DNA of 64,000 nt from Albidovulum sp. (GCA_015491895.1 WFVA01000024.1:3323-67322); one strand, 5' to 3'; numbered from the stretch's first letter, positions 9,233-20,448 are shown. Numbers and translations: made by a program. The notes: a model not told the origin generated them from the sequence alone.

Positions 9233-10129
9233 TCAGGCGGTAACCCTTGGCTCGAGCGCGCTGGCATCTCCCAGAATGCGCGCCGCTTTCACCCACCAGT
9301 CCGGGTGGCCGGAGCGAAGTTTTAACGCCGCTGCTTCGGCTGCCTCGCGGTTGTCAAACAGCCCGAAGCAGGTGCCCCCCGAGCCCGACATCCGCGCAAC
9401 GCAGCAGCCCGGCGCCGCCCGAAGCGCGGCCAGCACATCTCCGATCAGCGGGGCAAGGGCAAGGGCGGGGGGCTCCAGATCATTTCGCTGCGCCTCGATG
9501 AAGGCGGCCAGATCCCGCACATCCCCGAAGCGCGGCAGATCATCTGGCATGGGCGGGTTTTCCCGCTGCCGGAGGGCTGCGAACACCGCTGGCGTCGCCA
9601 CCCTGACGCCCGGATTGGCCAGCACCATCCAGGCTTCGGGCAAAGGGCGCGCGAGCGGATCGATCCGCTCCCCGATCCCCCGCATGCGCGCGGGAACGCC
9701 CGCGAGGCAAACAGGAACGTCCGCACCGAGCAGAGCCGCGCGCTGCATCATCTCCGCAGGCGCCATTTCCACCCCCGGCAGAAGCGCCGCGGCGCGCAGC
9801 ACCGCCGCGGCATCCGATGAGCCGCCCCCGATTCCCGCTGCCACGGGCAGGTTCTTTTCGAGCCTGATCCGAAGCGGCGGCACGTCTTGCAGGGGTTCCA
9901 GGGCCCGGCTCACAAGGTTCCCCCCTTGGCCGGCCGCTCCACCGTCCAGCGCATCAGCAAACGGGCCATGAATATCCAGGCCCGGCTCCTGCCCGGTTTC
10001 GAGGCTGATCCTGTCACCTACGGACACAAAGCAGACCAGGCTGTCGAGCAGATGCAATCCATCCGCCCTGCGGCCCGTGACATGAAGGGTCAGATTGAGC
10101 TTGGCCGGCGCCAGAGCCTCAATTCTCAT
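9233..10129 (-). CDS. ispE: 4-(cytidine 5'-diphospho)-2-C-methyl-D-erythritol kinase
   Basis: [25 protein letters not shown] and [15 protein letters not shown] (GHMP kinase motif). Confidence 0.9.
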   Translation of the reverse strand: MRIEALAPAKLNLTLHVTGRRADGLHLLDSLVCFVSVGDRISLETGQEPGLDIHGPFADALDGGAAGQGGNLVSRALEPLQDVPPLRIRLEKNLPVAAGIGGGSSDAAAVLRAAALLPGVEMAPAEMMQRAALLGADVPVCLAGVPARMRGIGERIDPLARPLPEAWMVLANPGVRVATPAVFAALRQRENPPMPDDLPRFGDVRDLAAFIEAQRNDLEPPALALAPLIGDVLAALRAAPGCCVARMSGSGGTCFGLFDNREAAEAAALKLRSGHPDWWVKAARILGDASALEPRVTA

Positions 10130-11882
10130 TGTGGCTCATGGCAAGAGGCTTGGCACCCTCGGCTTCCAGCACCGCATCCAGGCCGACTTCGAGCTTGCGC
10201 AGGATCCGTTTTCTTTCCTTCTCCTCGGGATCGAAGGAAAGCGCGCGCTGCCACTGCACGCGCGCCTCGCGATTGCGCCCCACGGCCCAATAGACATCGC
10301 CGAGGTGATCGTTGATGATCGGATCCGTCGGCGTCAATTCGGCCGCGCGCTCCATGTGCCTGACGGCTTCCTCATAGCGGCCGAGACGGTAGAGCGCCCA
10401 GCCGAGCGAATCCGTGATGTAGCCGTCATCGGGCCGCGCGGCCACCGCCTTGCGGATCATTTCCAGCGCCTCTTCGAGCTTCATGTTCTTGTCGACAAGC
10501 GAATAGCCGAGATAGTTCAGAACATTCGGCTGATCTGGCTCCAGGGCGAGCGCCTGCCTGAGATCGGCCTCCGCGAGATCCCATTTCCCGAGGCGTTCAT
10601 GGGCAATGCCGCGCGCATAATAGATGAACCAGTCCGCGCCACCGGCGTTTTCGACCAGTTCGATGGCCCGGGAATATGCCTTGGCGGATTTGTCGAATTT
10701 TTTCGCCTGACGATAGATATCCCCGAGCGAGACATGAACCCGGGCAAGATCGGGATAGGCTTTTGCCAGCTGTTCGAGCACCTCTATCGCCGCATCTTCC
10801 CGGCCGGCCTTGCGCATCGCGTTGGCGCGCCCGATTTCGGCTGTCACACGGGCGGGATCATCAGGCGAAATCAGCTTGTAGGTTTCGATTGCAAGATCAT
10901 GATTCCCGAGCCGCTCGAGAATCTGGGCCGTCATCAGAACGGCCTCGGCATGATCGGGATTCAGCATCTGGGCCATGCGGCTGTAGATCAGCGTGTAGGT
11001 ATCGCCGGCTTCCCCGCGCAGGGCGCCGGCCAGAGTGTAGAACACCTCGGCCATCCCTTCACGCGGCGAGACGACAAGACGGAAGGGGAGCCTTTCTCCC
11101 GCCTCAAGGCGCGCGCGCAGATCCTCCGCGAGGGGATCGGGCTCGCTGCCGAATGCCGTCTCGACGAGTTTCAGGGCATCCTTGTTGCGCTCGAGCTGGC
11201 TCAGGATCTGGGCATGGGCGATCACACCGCGGCGCGTCATCCGCAGGGAAGCCCCGGCCTTGCCGGCGAAGATCTCGTCGGCCCCGGCAAAATCGCCGGC
11301 CGAAGCGATCGCGAGAGCCTTGTGATAGAGCCCGAAGGCACGCGAGCCCTTGGCGGCAATCACCTGATCGAAGCTCTCGAGTGCATCGGACACACGCCCC
11401 GTCCCCATCTCGGCCCATGCCTTGAGAAGGCCATCCACGAGCGGGCCGATCCTTTCGCCTTCCTCGAGGCTTTTCAGAATGGCGGCGTAATCTTCCTTGC
11501 GGGCAAGATCCCCGAGGAGAATCATGTTCGCCATCTGGCTATTCCGGCCATCGGCGACCATCTTGCGGGCTATGGGGAGAGCTTTTTCGAAAGCGCCCAT
11601 GGCCATGAACGACACAAGCGTATTCTCAAGCAACCGCGGATTGCCCGGATCGCGGGCGAGGGCAATCGAATAGTAATCCGCCGCCTTCCCGAAATCGCTC
11701 TGCATGCCTGCCTGCCGGGCTGCAAGATATGCCCCTGACACGCTTTCGCCCAGGGCCGGCAGCGCCATCTGGCCGGCCAGTATCGCCACCAGGGCAATCC
11801 CTCTCGTTTTCCTGAGAATCACGCTCCAACCTTTCCCGAAATCCATGCGCAGGAGCCTATCCTTCCGGGCAATGCAATTCAA
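10119..11882 (-). CDS. Secreted tetratricopeptide-repeat protein
   Basis: Repeated A-x-x-Y/F..A..L.P TPR-like units throughout, with a signal-like N-terminus ([17 protein letters not shown]). Overlaps ispE by 11 nt. The true start may be Met13 (11846). Confidence 0.7.
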   Translation of the reverse strand: MNCIARKDRLLRMDFGKGWSVILRKTRGIALVAILAGQMALPALGESVSGAYLAARQAGMQSDFGKAADYYSIALARDPGNPRLLENTLVSFMAMGAFEKALPIARKMVADGRNSQMANMILLGDLARKEDYAAILKSLEEGERIGPLVDGLLKAWAEMGTGRVSDALESFDQVIAAKGSRAFGLYHKALAIASAGDFAGADEIFAGKAGASLRMTRRGVIAHAQILSQLERNKDALKLVETAFGSEPDPLAEDLRARLEAGERLPFRLVVSPREGMAEVFYTLAGALRGEAGDTYTLIYSRMAQMLNPDHAEAVLMTAQILERLGNHDLAIETYKLISPDDPARVTAEIGRANAMRKAGREDAAIEVLEQLAKAYPDLARVHVSLGDIYRQAKKFDKSAKAYSRAIELVENAGGADWFIYYARGIAHERLGKWDLAEADLRQALALEPDQPNVLNYLGYSLVDKNMKLEEALEMIRKAVAARPDDGYITDSLGWALYRLGRYEEAVRHMERAAELTPTDPIINDHLGDVYWAVGRNREARVQWQRALSFDPEEKERKRILRKLEVGLDAVLEAEGAKPLAMSHNEN

Positions 11883-11920
11883 TGCGGCGGGGCAATTTGC
11901 CCCGGGTGGTGCGTTTCTCC

Positions 11921-13573
11921 CTACATGTTGGGATAGTTGGGCCCGTCACCGCCCTGCGGGGTTGTCCAGTTTATGTTCTGCCTGGGATCCTTGATATCGC
12001 ATGTCTTGCAATGCACGCAGTTCTGGAAATTGATGACGAAGACAGGGCTTTCCACCCCCTCCTTCAGCACCTCATACACCCCTGCCGGGCAATAGCGCTG
12101 CGCCGGCTCGTCATATTCCGGCAGGTTCACGCGGATCGGCAGTTCGGGATCCTTCAGCTTCAGATGGCAGGGCTGGTTTTCCTCGTGATTGGTGAAGGAA
12201 TAGGCCACATTGGTAAGGCGATCGAAGGAGAGCACACCATCGGGCTTCGGATATTCGATCTTGTGGTGGCGCGCGGCGGGCTCGGTGGCGGCGGCATCCG
12301 TCTTGCCGTGCTTCAGCGTGCCGAAGAGGGAGAATTTGAAGAGGCTGTTCGTCCACATGTCGAGCCCGCCGAGCACCAGCGATCCCAGCATCCCGAAGCG
12401 CGACCACAAGGGCTTCACGTTGCGCACCGGTTTCAGATCCTTCGCGATCGGGCCCGAGCGCAGATCCTCCTCGTAAGCCGTTAGCTCATCGCCTTCGCGC
12501 CCGGCCCGGATGGCGGCATGGGCGGCCTCGGCCGCCGCCTTGCCAGAAAGCATGGCGTTGTGATTGCCCTTGATGCGCGGCAGGTTCACGAGCCCCGCCG
12601 AGCACCCCAGCAGCGCCCCCCCCGGAAAGACAACCTTCGGAATCGATTGCCAGCCGCCCTCGCTGATCGCGCGCGCGCCATAGGCCACCCGCTTGCCGCC
12701 CTCCAGCAGCTCGGCCACCATCGGGTGATGCTTGAAGCGCTGGAATTCCATGTAGGGGTAGAGATAGGGATTGCGGTAGTTGAGATGCACCACGAAGCCG
12801 ATGAACAGCTGATTGTTCTCGGCATGATAGATGAAGCCACCGCCGCCGGCATTTCCCCCCAGAGGCCAGCCGGCGGTATGCACGATCTTCCCTTCCTGGT
12901 GCTTCTTCGGATCGATCTCCCAGATCTCCTTCATGCCGAGGCCGTATTTCTGCACGTCATGCCCGGCCTGAAGATCGAACCTTTCTATCACCTGCTTGGA
13001 AAGGCTTCCGCGCACGCCTTCGGCAAGGAAGACATATTTCCCCAGAAGCTCCATCCCCGGCTCGTAGTTGGGCCCCGGCGTGCCATCGGGATTGAGCCCG
13101 AACACGCCCGCCACCACCCCGCGCACGCGGCCGTCTTCGCCATGGACAAGCTCGCTGCACGACATCCCCGGAAAGATCTCCACCCCGAGTGCCTCTGCCT
13201 GCTCCGCCATCCAGCGGCAGACATTGCCCATCGAAACGATGTATTTGCCGTGATTGCTCATCAGCGGCGGCATCGGCCAGTTGGGCACGCGTATCCCGCC
13301 CCCTTCGCCGAGAATGTAGAAGCTGTCGCTCTTCACCGGCACGGTGATCGGCGCGCCACGCTCCTTCCAGTCGGGGATCAGGGCATCGAGGCCAGAGGGA
13401 TCGAGCACCGCCCCGGAAAGAATATGCGCCCCCACTTCCGAACCCTTCTCGAGCACCACCACGGAAAGATCGGGATCGAGCTGCTTCAGGCGGATCGCGG
13501 CCGAAAGCCCGGCCGGCCCCGCGCCGACGATAACAACGTCATATTCCATCGATTCGCGTTCGGTTTCGGCCAT
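11921..13573 (-). CDS. Electron-transfer flavoprotein:ubiquinone oxidoreductase
   Basis: [19 protein letters not shown] (FAD) and C-terminal [13 protein letters not shown] (4Fe-4S). Start at the ATG preceded by GGGAGGGA. Confidence 0.9.
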   Translation of the reverse strand: MAETERESMEYDVVIVGAGPAGLSAAIRLKQLDPDLSVVVLEKGSEVGAHILSGAVLDPSGLDALIPDWKERGAPITVPVKSDSFYILGEGGGIRVPNWPMPPLMSNHGKYIVSMGNVCRWMAEQAEALGVEIFPGMSCSELVHGEDGRVRGVVAGVFGLNPDGTPGPNYEPGMELLGKYVFLAEGVRGSLSKQVIERFDLQAGHDVQKYGLGMKEIWEIDPKKHQEGKIVHTAGWPLGGNAGGGGFIYHAENNQLFIGFVVHLNYRNPYLYPYMEFQRFKHHPMVAELLEGGKRVAYGARAISEGGWQSIPKVVFPGGALLGCSAGLVNLPRIKGNHNAMLSGKAAAEAAHAAIRAGREGDELTAYEEDLRSGPIAKDLKPVRNVKPLWSRFGMLGSLVLGGLDMWTNSLFKFSLFGTLKHGKTDAAATEPAARHHKIEYPKPDGVLSFDRLTNVAYSFTNHEENQPCHLKLKDPELPIRVNLPEYDEPAQRYCPAGVYEVLKEGVESPVFVINFQNCVHCKTCDIKDPRQNINWTTPQGGDGPNYPNM

Positions 13574-13854
13574 GGTGCTTCCCTCCCGGCTCATCGGCGC
13601 GCTGGGCACCGGTTCGTCTGGCTGCACCACGGATAACGGAGAGGGGCGGATATGGTCAATCGCTACACGGCGTCATATTTACCCGGTCGCCATTCCGGGC
13701 TATCAGGGCACCACGGGCATGCAGCAGAAATCGGCCACAGCACGCCGGATTCCCGCCATCAGGCTTGCAATCCGCCAGTGGGTCGGTTCAGGTGCCCCGA
13801 GACAAGGGAAATCGCCCGGGGCTGCCAGCCGGGCCGAAACATTCGAAGAGTGCG

Positions 13855-14325
13855 ATGCAAAAGATACCGATGACCCGCGCGGGCTTCGCCGCGCTGGATG
13901 AAGAGCTCAAGATGCTGAAATCCGAGGAACGCCCGGCCGTGATCCGCGCGATCTCCGAAGCGCGCGAGCACGGCGATCTTTCGGAAAACGCCGAATACCA
14001 CGCCGCACGCGAGAAACAGAGCTTCATAGAGGGCCGCATCAAGGAGCTGGAATCGATCCTCTCGCGCGCCGAGGTGATCGATCCCGAAAAGCTTTCCGGC
14101 CCGGTCAAGTTCGGCGCCACGATCACCCTGATCGACGAGGATACAGAGGAAGAAAAGACCTACCAGATCGTCGGCGAGCCCGAAGCCAATATCGAGGCCG
14201 GCAAGCTCAATCTGAAATCGCCGCTCGCCCGCGCCCTCATCGGCAAGGAAGAGGGCGACAGCGTCGAGGTCAACACCCCCGGCGGCGGCAAGAGCTACGA
14301 GATCGTGAGCATCACCTATCGCTGA
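13855..14325 (+). CDS. greA: Transcription elongation factor GreA
   Basis: [55 protein letters not shown]; 156 aa from ATG 13855. Confidence 0.95.
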   Translation: MQKIPMTRAGFAALDEELKMLKSEERPAVIRAISEAREHGDLSENAEYHAAREKQSFIEGRIKELESILSRAEVIDPEKLSGPVKFGATITLIDEDTEEEKTYQIVGEPEANIEAGKLNLKSPLARALIGKEEGDSVEVNTPGGGKSYEIVSITYR

Positions 14326-14341
14326 AAGCACGGATGCATCG

Positions 14342-15397
14342 ATGGCGCAAGAAAAGAAGCCAGAGAAGGACGGGGCGAAACCGCCATCGATCGATCTTGG
14401 CGTTTTCGGGCGCGACGGGCGTGAGTGGAGCATCACATCCATCGAGATCATGGCCCTTGTTCTCAGCCTGCTGTGGATAGGCGGAACGGGCCTCTTCTTC
14501 CTGCTGCGCGAGCCGATGACAGAGGGCAGTTCGGGATTGAACGCGCTTGCGCTGGTGATCACCCTGATGGCAATCTTTCTGCCCGTGGCGGTCATCTGGG
14601 TGGCGGCCGTATCAATCCGCAGCGCGCGCATCATGCGCGAGGAAGCCGCGCGCCTGCAGGCGGCGATCGACGCCATGCGCCATACATATCTTGACCATAT
14701 CCAGAACGCGGGGCTTGCGGTGAAGCCTTCGGTGGAAGCCAAGCTCCAGCGGATCGAAGCGGCGCAGAAGCAGGCGGAAAGCGCCATCGCCACCTTTACC
14801 CGCCACCGCGAACGCGAAGGCGGTGATCCCGATCCCGGCAAACCGGCCCTCAACAGTGCACGGAGCAAGGCCGAGGCAATCCAGCCGAGCCTCGCGCTCG
14901 AGGCGGCGGGCGCTCCCCCGGCCCCTCCCCTGACCGTGGAGGAATTCATCCGCGCCCTCAACTTCCCCGAAGACATGGACGACAAGCCCGGCTTCGCCGC
15001 CCTGCGCCGGGCGCTGCAGGATCCGGTGGCCGGCAAGCTGGTGCGCGCGGCCCAGGATATCCTGACCCTGCTTTCCCAGGATGGCATCTACATGGATGAT
15101 CTCGTTCCCCGAAAGGCCCCGCCTTCCGTATGGCGCCGTTTCGCGGCGGGGGAGAGGGGCCCCGCCATTTCGGCCCTCGGAGGGGTGCATGATCGCTCCA
15201 GTCTCGCGCTGGCGAGCGGGCGGATGCGCAAGGATCCCGTCTTTCGCGATACGGCACATCACTTCCTGCGCGTCTTCGATCAGATCTTCTCGGATTTTGC
15301 ACCGAACGCCAGCGATGCGGAAATCGCCGCCCTTTCCGACACGCGCACGGCACGTGCCTTCATGCTTCTCGGGCGAGTGACAGGCACTTTCAGCTGA
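14342..15397 (+). CDS. Hypothetical membrane protein (2 TM helices + coiled coil + C-terminal helical domain)
   Basis: 351-aa ORF with plausible TM segments (IMALVLSLLWIGGTGLFFLL; LALVITLMAIFLPVAVIWVAAV). No family recognised by eye. The antisense 442-aa ORF has an Arg/Ser/Ala-rich artefact composition. Confidence 0.6.
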   Translation: MAQEKKPEKDGAKPPSIDLGVFGRDGREWSITSIEIMALVLSLLWIGGTGLFFLLREPMTEGSSGLNALALVITLMAIFLPVAVIWVAAVSIRSARIMREEAARLQAAIDAMRHTYLDHIQNAGLAVKPSVEAKLQRIEAAQKQAESAIATFTRHREREGGDPDPGKPALNSARSKAEAIQPSLALEAAGAPPAPPLTVEEFIRALNFPEDMDDKPGFAALRRALQDPVAGKLVRAAQDILTLLSQDGIYMDDLVPRKAPPSVWRRFAAGERGPAISALGGVHDRSSLALASGRMRKDPVFRDTAHHFLRVFDQIFSDFAPNASDAEIAALSDTRTARAFMLLGRVTGTFS

Positions 15398-15427
15398 AGG
15401 CCCGCATGACGATGCAATAACGTCGCC

Positions 15428-17221
15428 CTATATGCCGAGCTCGCAATAGGGGATGAAACGCACGGGATCGCCCGGCCGGATATCGCGGGCGCCGTCCTCG
15501 ATCTCCACCAGCCCCGTCGCCCATGAAAGCCCCGAGATGCGCCCGGAACCTTCGGAGCGGAATACCTCCGCAGCGCCATCCGCATCGAGCCGCGCGCGCA
15601 GATATTCCCGCCGCCCCGGCTTCTTCTTCTTTGCGAAGGCTGCCGGCACGGTGAAGCCCCGCGGCTCGGTCCAGCCGCCGCCAGCCAGAAGCGAAAGCGC
15701 CGGGCGCGCGAATATGGCCGCGCAGACGAATGCCGCCACCGGATTTCCGGGCAGGCCGAAGATCGGCGCCCCCTTCCAGACACCCAGCGCCAGCGGGCGG
15801 CCCGGCTTGATCGCAACCCGCCATTGCCGCATGCTGCCGGTTTCGCGCAGCAATCGCGAAAGGTGATCCTCGTCCCCCGCCGAAGCGCCGCCGGACGTGA
15901 TGATGGCATCAGCCCTCTGGGCCGCCTCGTCCAGCGCCGCGGCCACGGCCTCGCGCCTGTCGGCCGCATGACCCAGATCCACTGCCTCATGCCCCCACCC
16001 TCGCGCCATTTCCATCAGCATCGGGCGATTGGCATCATAGGTGCGGGCCGGATCGGGGGTGCTGCCCGGTTCTGCCAGCTCATCACCGGTGGAAAGGATG
16101 CCGACGCGAAGCCGTCGGCGCACCCGCACCTCGGGCAGGCCGATACCCGCGAGCAGGGCAAGATCCGGTGCGCGCAGGCGATGGCCGGCCCTCAGGGCGG
16201 TTTCACCTGCTTTCACGTCCTCGCCCGCGGCGCGGGTATTGGCGCCCGCCCGCACGCCGCCCCGGAAGGCCACATGCCCCGCCTCCAGGGTGGTATCCTC
16301 TTCCAGCACCACGGTATCGACCCCTTCGGGCAGGAGCGCCCCCGTAAGGATGCGGATCGCCTGCCCCGGCGCGACCACGCCCCGGTAAGGCGCGCCCGCC
16401 GCCGCGCGGCCTTCCGCAAGCGGCAGCACATGCGGGCCCTCCCCTTTGAGCGCGCCATGGGCGAAACCGTAGCCATCCACGGCGGAATTGGCATGTGGCG
16501 GGTTGGCCCGCAGGGCCTGCACGTCCTGCGCAAGAATGCGGCCCTCGGCCTCTTCAACCGCGAGCGTCTCTTCACCGGTAACGGGCCCGAGCGCCTCCCG
16601 CAGCGCCGCAAGCGCCTTGTCAACCGGGATCCATTCGACGCCTGCGGGCAATGCAAAGCAATCGTCGCGCAGGGGGGGCGGGGAAATTTCCGGGAGCGGA
16701 CGCGCGGCACCCTCATCCACGCCGGGCTGGAGCCCCGTTTCGGCAAGGATGAAATCGGCGATCGCGGATGTGTCATCAAGATCGAACACCGGGCAGGAGA
16801 GCCCCTCCGGCGCGCTGTCGGAGGCAACGGCGCGGATGGTTTCATCCTCACGGGCGATCAGCGGCTTTCCCGTTTCGCCGCGATGGGCCTCGATCTTGGG
16901 GTGAGTGTCGCGCTTGTAGCCTTCGATCAGCACGAGATCGACAGGCGAGAGCCGGGCGAGGAGATCGGCCAGCGCAGGATCCTCGGGCGGATCGCTTTCA
17001 TGCATGAGCGCCCAGCGCCGGCTTGAGGCCAGCATCACCTCGCGCGCACCCGCGGCGCGGTGGCGGTAGCTATCGGTGCCTTCGTGATCCACATCGAAGC
17101 TGTGATGGGCGTGTTTCACCGTCGAGACGCTGAAGCCGCGCCCCCGGATCTCCGCCACCAGCCGCTCCACGAGGCCCGTCTTGCCGGAATTCTTCCAACC
17201 GGTGATGCCGTAAATCCTCAT
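15428..17221 (-). CDS. Bifunctional MobB (GTP-binding adaptor) / MoeA (molybdopterin molybdotransferase) fusion
   Basis: N-terminus MRIYGITGWKNSGKTGLVERL...VKHAHH (MobB P-loop). The remaining ~430 aa are MoeA-like (NSAVDGYG, ILSTGDEL, ITSGGASAGDED, PGNPVAAF). Confidence 0.85.
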   Translation of the reverse strand: MRIYGITGWKNSGKTGLVERLVAEIRGRGFSVSTVKHAHHSFDVDHEGTDSYRHRAAGAREVMLASSRRWALMHESDPPEDPALADLLARLSPVDLVLIEGYKRDTHPKIEAHRGETGKPLIAREDETIRAVASDSAPEGLSCPVFDLDDTSAIADFILAETGLQPGVDEGAARPLPEISPPPLRDDCFALPAGVEWIPVDKALAALREALGPVTGEETLAVEEAEGRILAQDVQALRANPPHANSAVDGYGFAHGALKGEGPHVLPLAEGRAAAGAPYRGVVAPGQAIRILTGALLPEGVDTVVLEEDTTLEAGHVAFRGGVRAGANTRAAGEDVKAGETALRAGHRLRAPDLALLAGIGLPEVRVRRRLRVGILSTGDELAEPGSTPDPARTYDANRPMLMEMARGWGHEAVDLGHAADRREAVAAALDEAAQRADAIITSGGASAGDEDHLSRLLRETGSMRQWRVAIKPGRPLALGVWKGAPIFGLPGNPVAAFVCAAIFARPALSLLAGGGWTEPRGFTVPAAFAKKKKPGRREYLRARLDADGAAEVFRSEGSGRISGLSWATGLVEIEDGARDIRPGDPVRFIPYCELGI

Positions 17222-17841
17222 GCTTCCGCTCCCGTGGCAATTTCTTCCGCCCGTGCAAGATCTTCGGGCGTGTTGACGTTGAAGAAGGGATCAGGGCCGG
17301 GGTCCGCGAAAAGCGCCTCCGCCGCGCCGTGCCGATCCGTCCAGAGAACGACCTTGCGCACCCCCTCGCCAAGCGCCCGGCGCAGATCCTCGCGCAGCGC
17401 CACCGGCCAGAGGCCGAAGGTGGGATGGCGCACCCGCCCGCGCTCGGCATGGGGGGTTGCGGCAAGGGCGATCGCCAGCCCCGAAGCTCGCGCTGCCGCG
17501 CTCAGCCTCGCCACCAGATCGGGCGGCAGAAATGGCGTATCGGCAGCCGCCGTCACGATATGGCTCGCACCCCTTCCCGCGGCCCAGTCAAGCCCGGCGA
17601 GCACCCCGGCGAGCGGGCCGGCGAAGCCCGGCACGCTGTCGGCGATCACCGGCAGGGAAAGGCCGGCAAAACGCGCCGGATCGCCATTGGCGTTGATCGC
17701 CACCGTTTCCACCTGCGGCGAAAGCCGGGCGATCACATGCTCGAGGATCGGCCGCCCGGCCAGGGGCAGCAGGCATTTATCGCCCCCGCCCATGCGCCGG
17801 GCCTGCCCGCCGGCAAGGATCACGCCGAGGGGTTGCCTCAT
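17218..17841 (-). CDS. mobA: Molybdenum cofactor guanylyltransferase
   Basis: GVILAGGQARRMGGGDKCLLPLAGRPIL signature; 4-nt overlaps with both neighbours. Confidence 0.9.
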   Translation of the reverse strand: MRQPLGVILAGGQARRMGGGDKCLLPLAGRPILEHVIARLSPQVETVAINANGDPARFAGLSLPVIADSVPGFAGPLAGVLAGLDWAAGRGASHIVTAAADTPFLPPDLVARLSAAARASGLAIALAATPHAERGRVRHPTFGLWPVALREDLRRALGEGVRKVVLWTDRHGAAEALFADPGPDPFFNVNTPEDLARAEEIATGAEA

Positions 17842-18722
17842 CCGCCGGCTCCCTTGCGCCCTGCGCGGGCCGGCTCATCGGGCTGGTGCTCGGGATCCGC
17901 ATCGCGGATCAGGCGCTCATCGCCCGAAAGGCAGATGAAGCGCTTCCCGCGCATCCGCCCGATCAGGGTCATCCCCACCTGGCGCGCGATCTCCACCCCC
18001 CAGGCGGTGAACCCGGAGCGCGAGGCGAGCACGGGGATGCCCATCAGCGCCGTCTTGATGACCATCTCGGAAGTGAGCCGCCCGGTGGTGTAGAGGATCT
18101 TGTCAGCCCCCGCCACGCCCCCGCTGCGCATCCAGCCGGCAACCTTGTCCACCGCGTTGTGGCGCCCCACGTCCTCCATGTAGACAAGCGGGCGATCACG
18201 CACGCACAGCACCGTGCCGTGAATGGCGCCGGTGTGAAGGTAAAGGCTCGGCGTGCGGTTGATCTTGTGGGAAAGCGCATAAAGCCAGGAGCTCTTCATC
18301 TCGGCGGGCGGCAGGGTGAGGCCTTCGAGGCCTTCCATCATGTCACCGAAAACCGTGCCGACGGCACAGCCCGATGTTCGGGTCTTCTTCTTCAGCTTTT
18401 CCTCGAAATCCGTTTCCCGCGCCGTGCGCACGACAACCGTTTCGATATCGGGATCGAAATCGATGCCGGTGATCTCCTCGTCTGGCGCGAGCATTCCCTG
18501 ATTGGAGAGGAAGCCGAGCGCCAGATATTCGGGGTAATCCCCGATCGTCATCGCGGTGACGATCTCGCGGCTGTTGAGGAAGATGGTGAGCGGGCGCTCC
18601 TCCACCACCGGCGCCTCGATCCGCGCACCGGCATGATCATGCCCGGCAACGAGGCGAGAAAGCCCCGCCCGCGAAGGATCGGGGGCGATCAGATATTCCG
18701 ACGAGTCGATTTCGCTTGGCAA
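17838..18722 (-). CDS. fdhD: Formate dehydrogenase accessory sulfurtransferase FdhD
   Basis: ERPLTIFLN, TSGCAVG, MEDVGRHNAVDKVAGW motifs. There is no in-frame ATG near the family N-terminus. TTG 18722-18720 chosen (GGGAG 6 nt upstream); the 562-codon ORF extension overlaps azlC antisense. Confidence 0.8.
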   Translation of the reverse strand: MPSEIDSSEYLIAPDPSRAGLSRLVAGHDHAGARIEAPVVEERPLTIFLNSREIVTAMTIGDYPEYLALGFLSNQGMLAPDEEITGIDFDPDIETVVVRTARETDFEEKLKKKTRTSGCAVGTVFGDMMEGLEGLTLPPAEMKSSWLYALSHKINRTPSLYLHTGAIHGTVLCVRDRPLVYMEDVGRHNAVDKVAGWMRSGGVAGADKILYTTGRLTSEMVIKTALMGIPVLASRSGFTAWGVEIARQVGMTLIGRMRGKRFICLSGDERLIRDADPEHQPDEPARAGRKGAGG

Positions 18723-18797
18723 GGGAGGCTCCCGGTGGCAGGCATTGGCGGCGCGAGCCAGAGGCGCGCTCCCAACTAGATACCCGAAGGCCACAGA

Positions 18798-19511
18798 ATG
18801 GCAACCGCTCCGATCACATCCGCCTTCCGCCACGGCTTCATCGCCGGCCTGCCCTTCATCCTCGTGGCGATGCCCTTCGGCCTGCTTTTCGGCGTGGTCG
18901 GCACCGAGGCCGGGCTTTCCATTGCCGAGGTGATGGGCTTCTCGGTCGCGGTGATCGCGGGCGCGGCGCAGTTCGCGGCCCTTCAGCTGATGCAGGATAA
19001 CGCGCCGACCCTCATCATCGTGGCCACCGCCCTTGCCGTCAATCTCAGGATGGCGATGTATTCGGCCTCCCTTGCCCCCCATCTCGGCCCGGCCCCCCTC
19101 TGGAAACGCGCGCTTGCCGCCTATGTGCTCGTGGATCAGGTCTATGCCGTCAGCATCGCGCGCTTTGAGAACGCGCCCGCCATGAGCATCGGCGAAAAGC
19201 TCGCCTACTATTTCGGCTCCGCCCTGCCCCTCGTGCCCACATGGTATGGCGCGAGCTTCGCCGGCGCATGGGCCGGCGCCGCCATACCGCCGGAATATGG
19301 GCTCGATTTCGCCATTCCGATCACCTTCCTCGCGCTTGTCGGGCCAATGCTGCGCTCCCTTGCCCATGTCGCCGCAGCGCTCACATCGGTTGTGATGGCG
19401 CTGGCGCTGGCCGGCCTTCCCTACAATAGCGGCCTCCTGATCGCGGCCGTGGCGGCAATGGTGATGGGCGCAGAAGTGGAAAGGCGGATGAACGGGGGAA
19501 AACAGCCATGA
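18798..19511 (+). CDS. azlC: AzlC-family branched-chain amino acid exporter subunit
   Basis: FRHGFIAGLPFILVAMPFGLLFGV...GAAQFAALQL is typical of AzlC. Confidence 0.85.
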   Translation: MATAPITSAFRHGFIAGLPFILVAMPFGLLFGVVGTEAGLSIAEVMGFSVAVIAGAAQFAALQLMQDNAPTLIIVATALAVNLRMAMYSASLAPHLGPAPLWKRALAAYVLVDQVYAVSIARFENAPAMSIGEKLAYYFGSALPLVPTWYGASFAGAWAGAAIPPEYGLDFAIPITFLALVGPMLRSLAHVAAALTSVVMALALAGLPYNSGLLIAAVAAMVMGAEVERRMNGGKQP

Positions 19512-19837
19512 ACATGAGCCCCGCACATATCTGGCTGCTGATCGCCCTCATCGCGATCGGCACCTATCTGATCCGCTTTTCCTTCCTCGGCCTGATCGGC
19601 AATCGCCCCATCCCCGAATGGCTCCTGCGGCATCTGCGCTACACGCCCGTCGCCGTTCTGCCCGGGCTGGTGGCGCCGCTCGTGCTCTGGCCCGAGGCCA
19701 CCGGCGGCACGCCTGATCCCGCCCGCCTCCTGGCAGCCGGGGCCACGGTGCTTGCCGGCGTGCTCACGAGGAACGTGCTCATCTCGATATTTGCCGGGGG
19801 AGGAACCCTTTTCGCGGCCTTGCAGCTTTTCGGTTAG
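19508..19837 (+). CDS. azlD: AzlD-family membrane protein
   Basis: 109 aa, 4 hydrophobic helices, ATGA overlap with azlC. Confidence 0.8.
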   Translation: MNMSPAHIWLLIALIAIGTYLIRFSFLGLIGNRPIPEWLLRHLRYTPVAVLPGLVAPLVLWPEATGGTPDPARLLAAGATVLAGVLTRNVLISIFAGGGTLFAALQLFG

Positions 19838-20448
19838 TTCGCGATCGCCGGCTGCTTGTTCTGCGCTGTCAGCAAGGCGCTGTGATCGTCGTCATCATAA
19901 TCATAGATAACCCGCTCCTTCACGCCAGGGATCCGCGCGAACTGGCGGCGCAGGTTCTTCGGGTAGAATGTCGGACGAATGCTGCCGAAGCCGGGCAGGC
20001 GGGAAAGGATCGTTGAGGTGGAGCGCGCGCAGAACGCCTTGGGCACGGCGCCAAAGGCCTGCACTTCGCGCAGCGCCATTTCCGCCACTTCGGGGGAAAC
20101 CACGATCTCCTGCATGACAACGCGGTAACTCTCGCGCGCATGGTAATCGACATAGAATTCGAGCACCCGGGGGGTTATCCCGTAGTGCACATCGTTGCGC
20201 TCGGGGATCGAATGATGCCACCAGGTGCCGGCCGGATCGAAGATCACCCGCTGGCTGCCATTGATCATCAGCCCCGAATGCGCCCCGGTATTGGAGCGGT
20301 TGTTGATCACCGTGAAAAGCGTGAGCTTCGCCGGCCCCTCGGCGCGATAGGCCACCCGCAGGATTTCCTCCCGTGGTGCCCATTTGGGCTCTGCGCCGCA
20401 GGATGCCAGAAGAACGGGCAGCAGAATCCACGCGATCAACCTGTGCAC
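19834..20448 (-). CDS. Hypothetical lipoprotein
   Basis: GTG start with AGGGGAA upstream; lipobox LLASC|G at residues 13-17; 204 aa. No family recognised. Confidence 0.6.
   Translation of the reverse strand: MHRLIAWILLPVLLASCGAEPKWAPREEILRVAYRAEGPAKLTLFTVINNRSNTGAHSGLMINGSQRVIFDPAGTWWHHSIPERNDVHYGITPRVLEFYVDYHARESYRVVMQEIVVSPEVAEMALREVQAFGAVPKAFCARSTSTILSRLPGFGSIRPTFYPKNLRRQFARIPGVKERVIYDYDDDDHSALLTAQNKQPAIAN

Noticed and set aside
18723-19526. 268-codon N-terminal extension of the fdhD ORF (MRGSCSWLFSP...)
   Set aside because: It overlaps the whole azlC gene on the opposite strand and has no FdhD homology (His/Gly/Arg-rich). FdhD similarity begins near codon 270, so a TTG start at 18722 was chosen instead.
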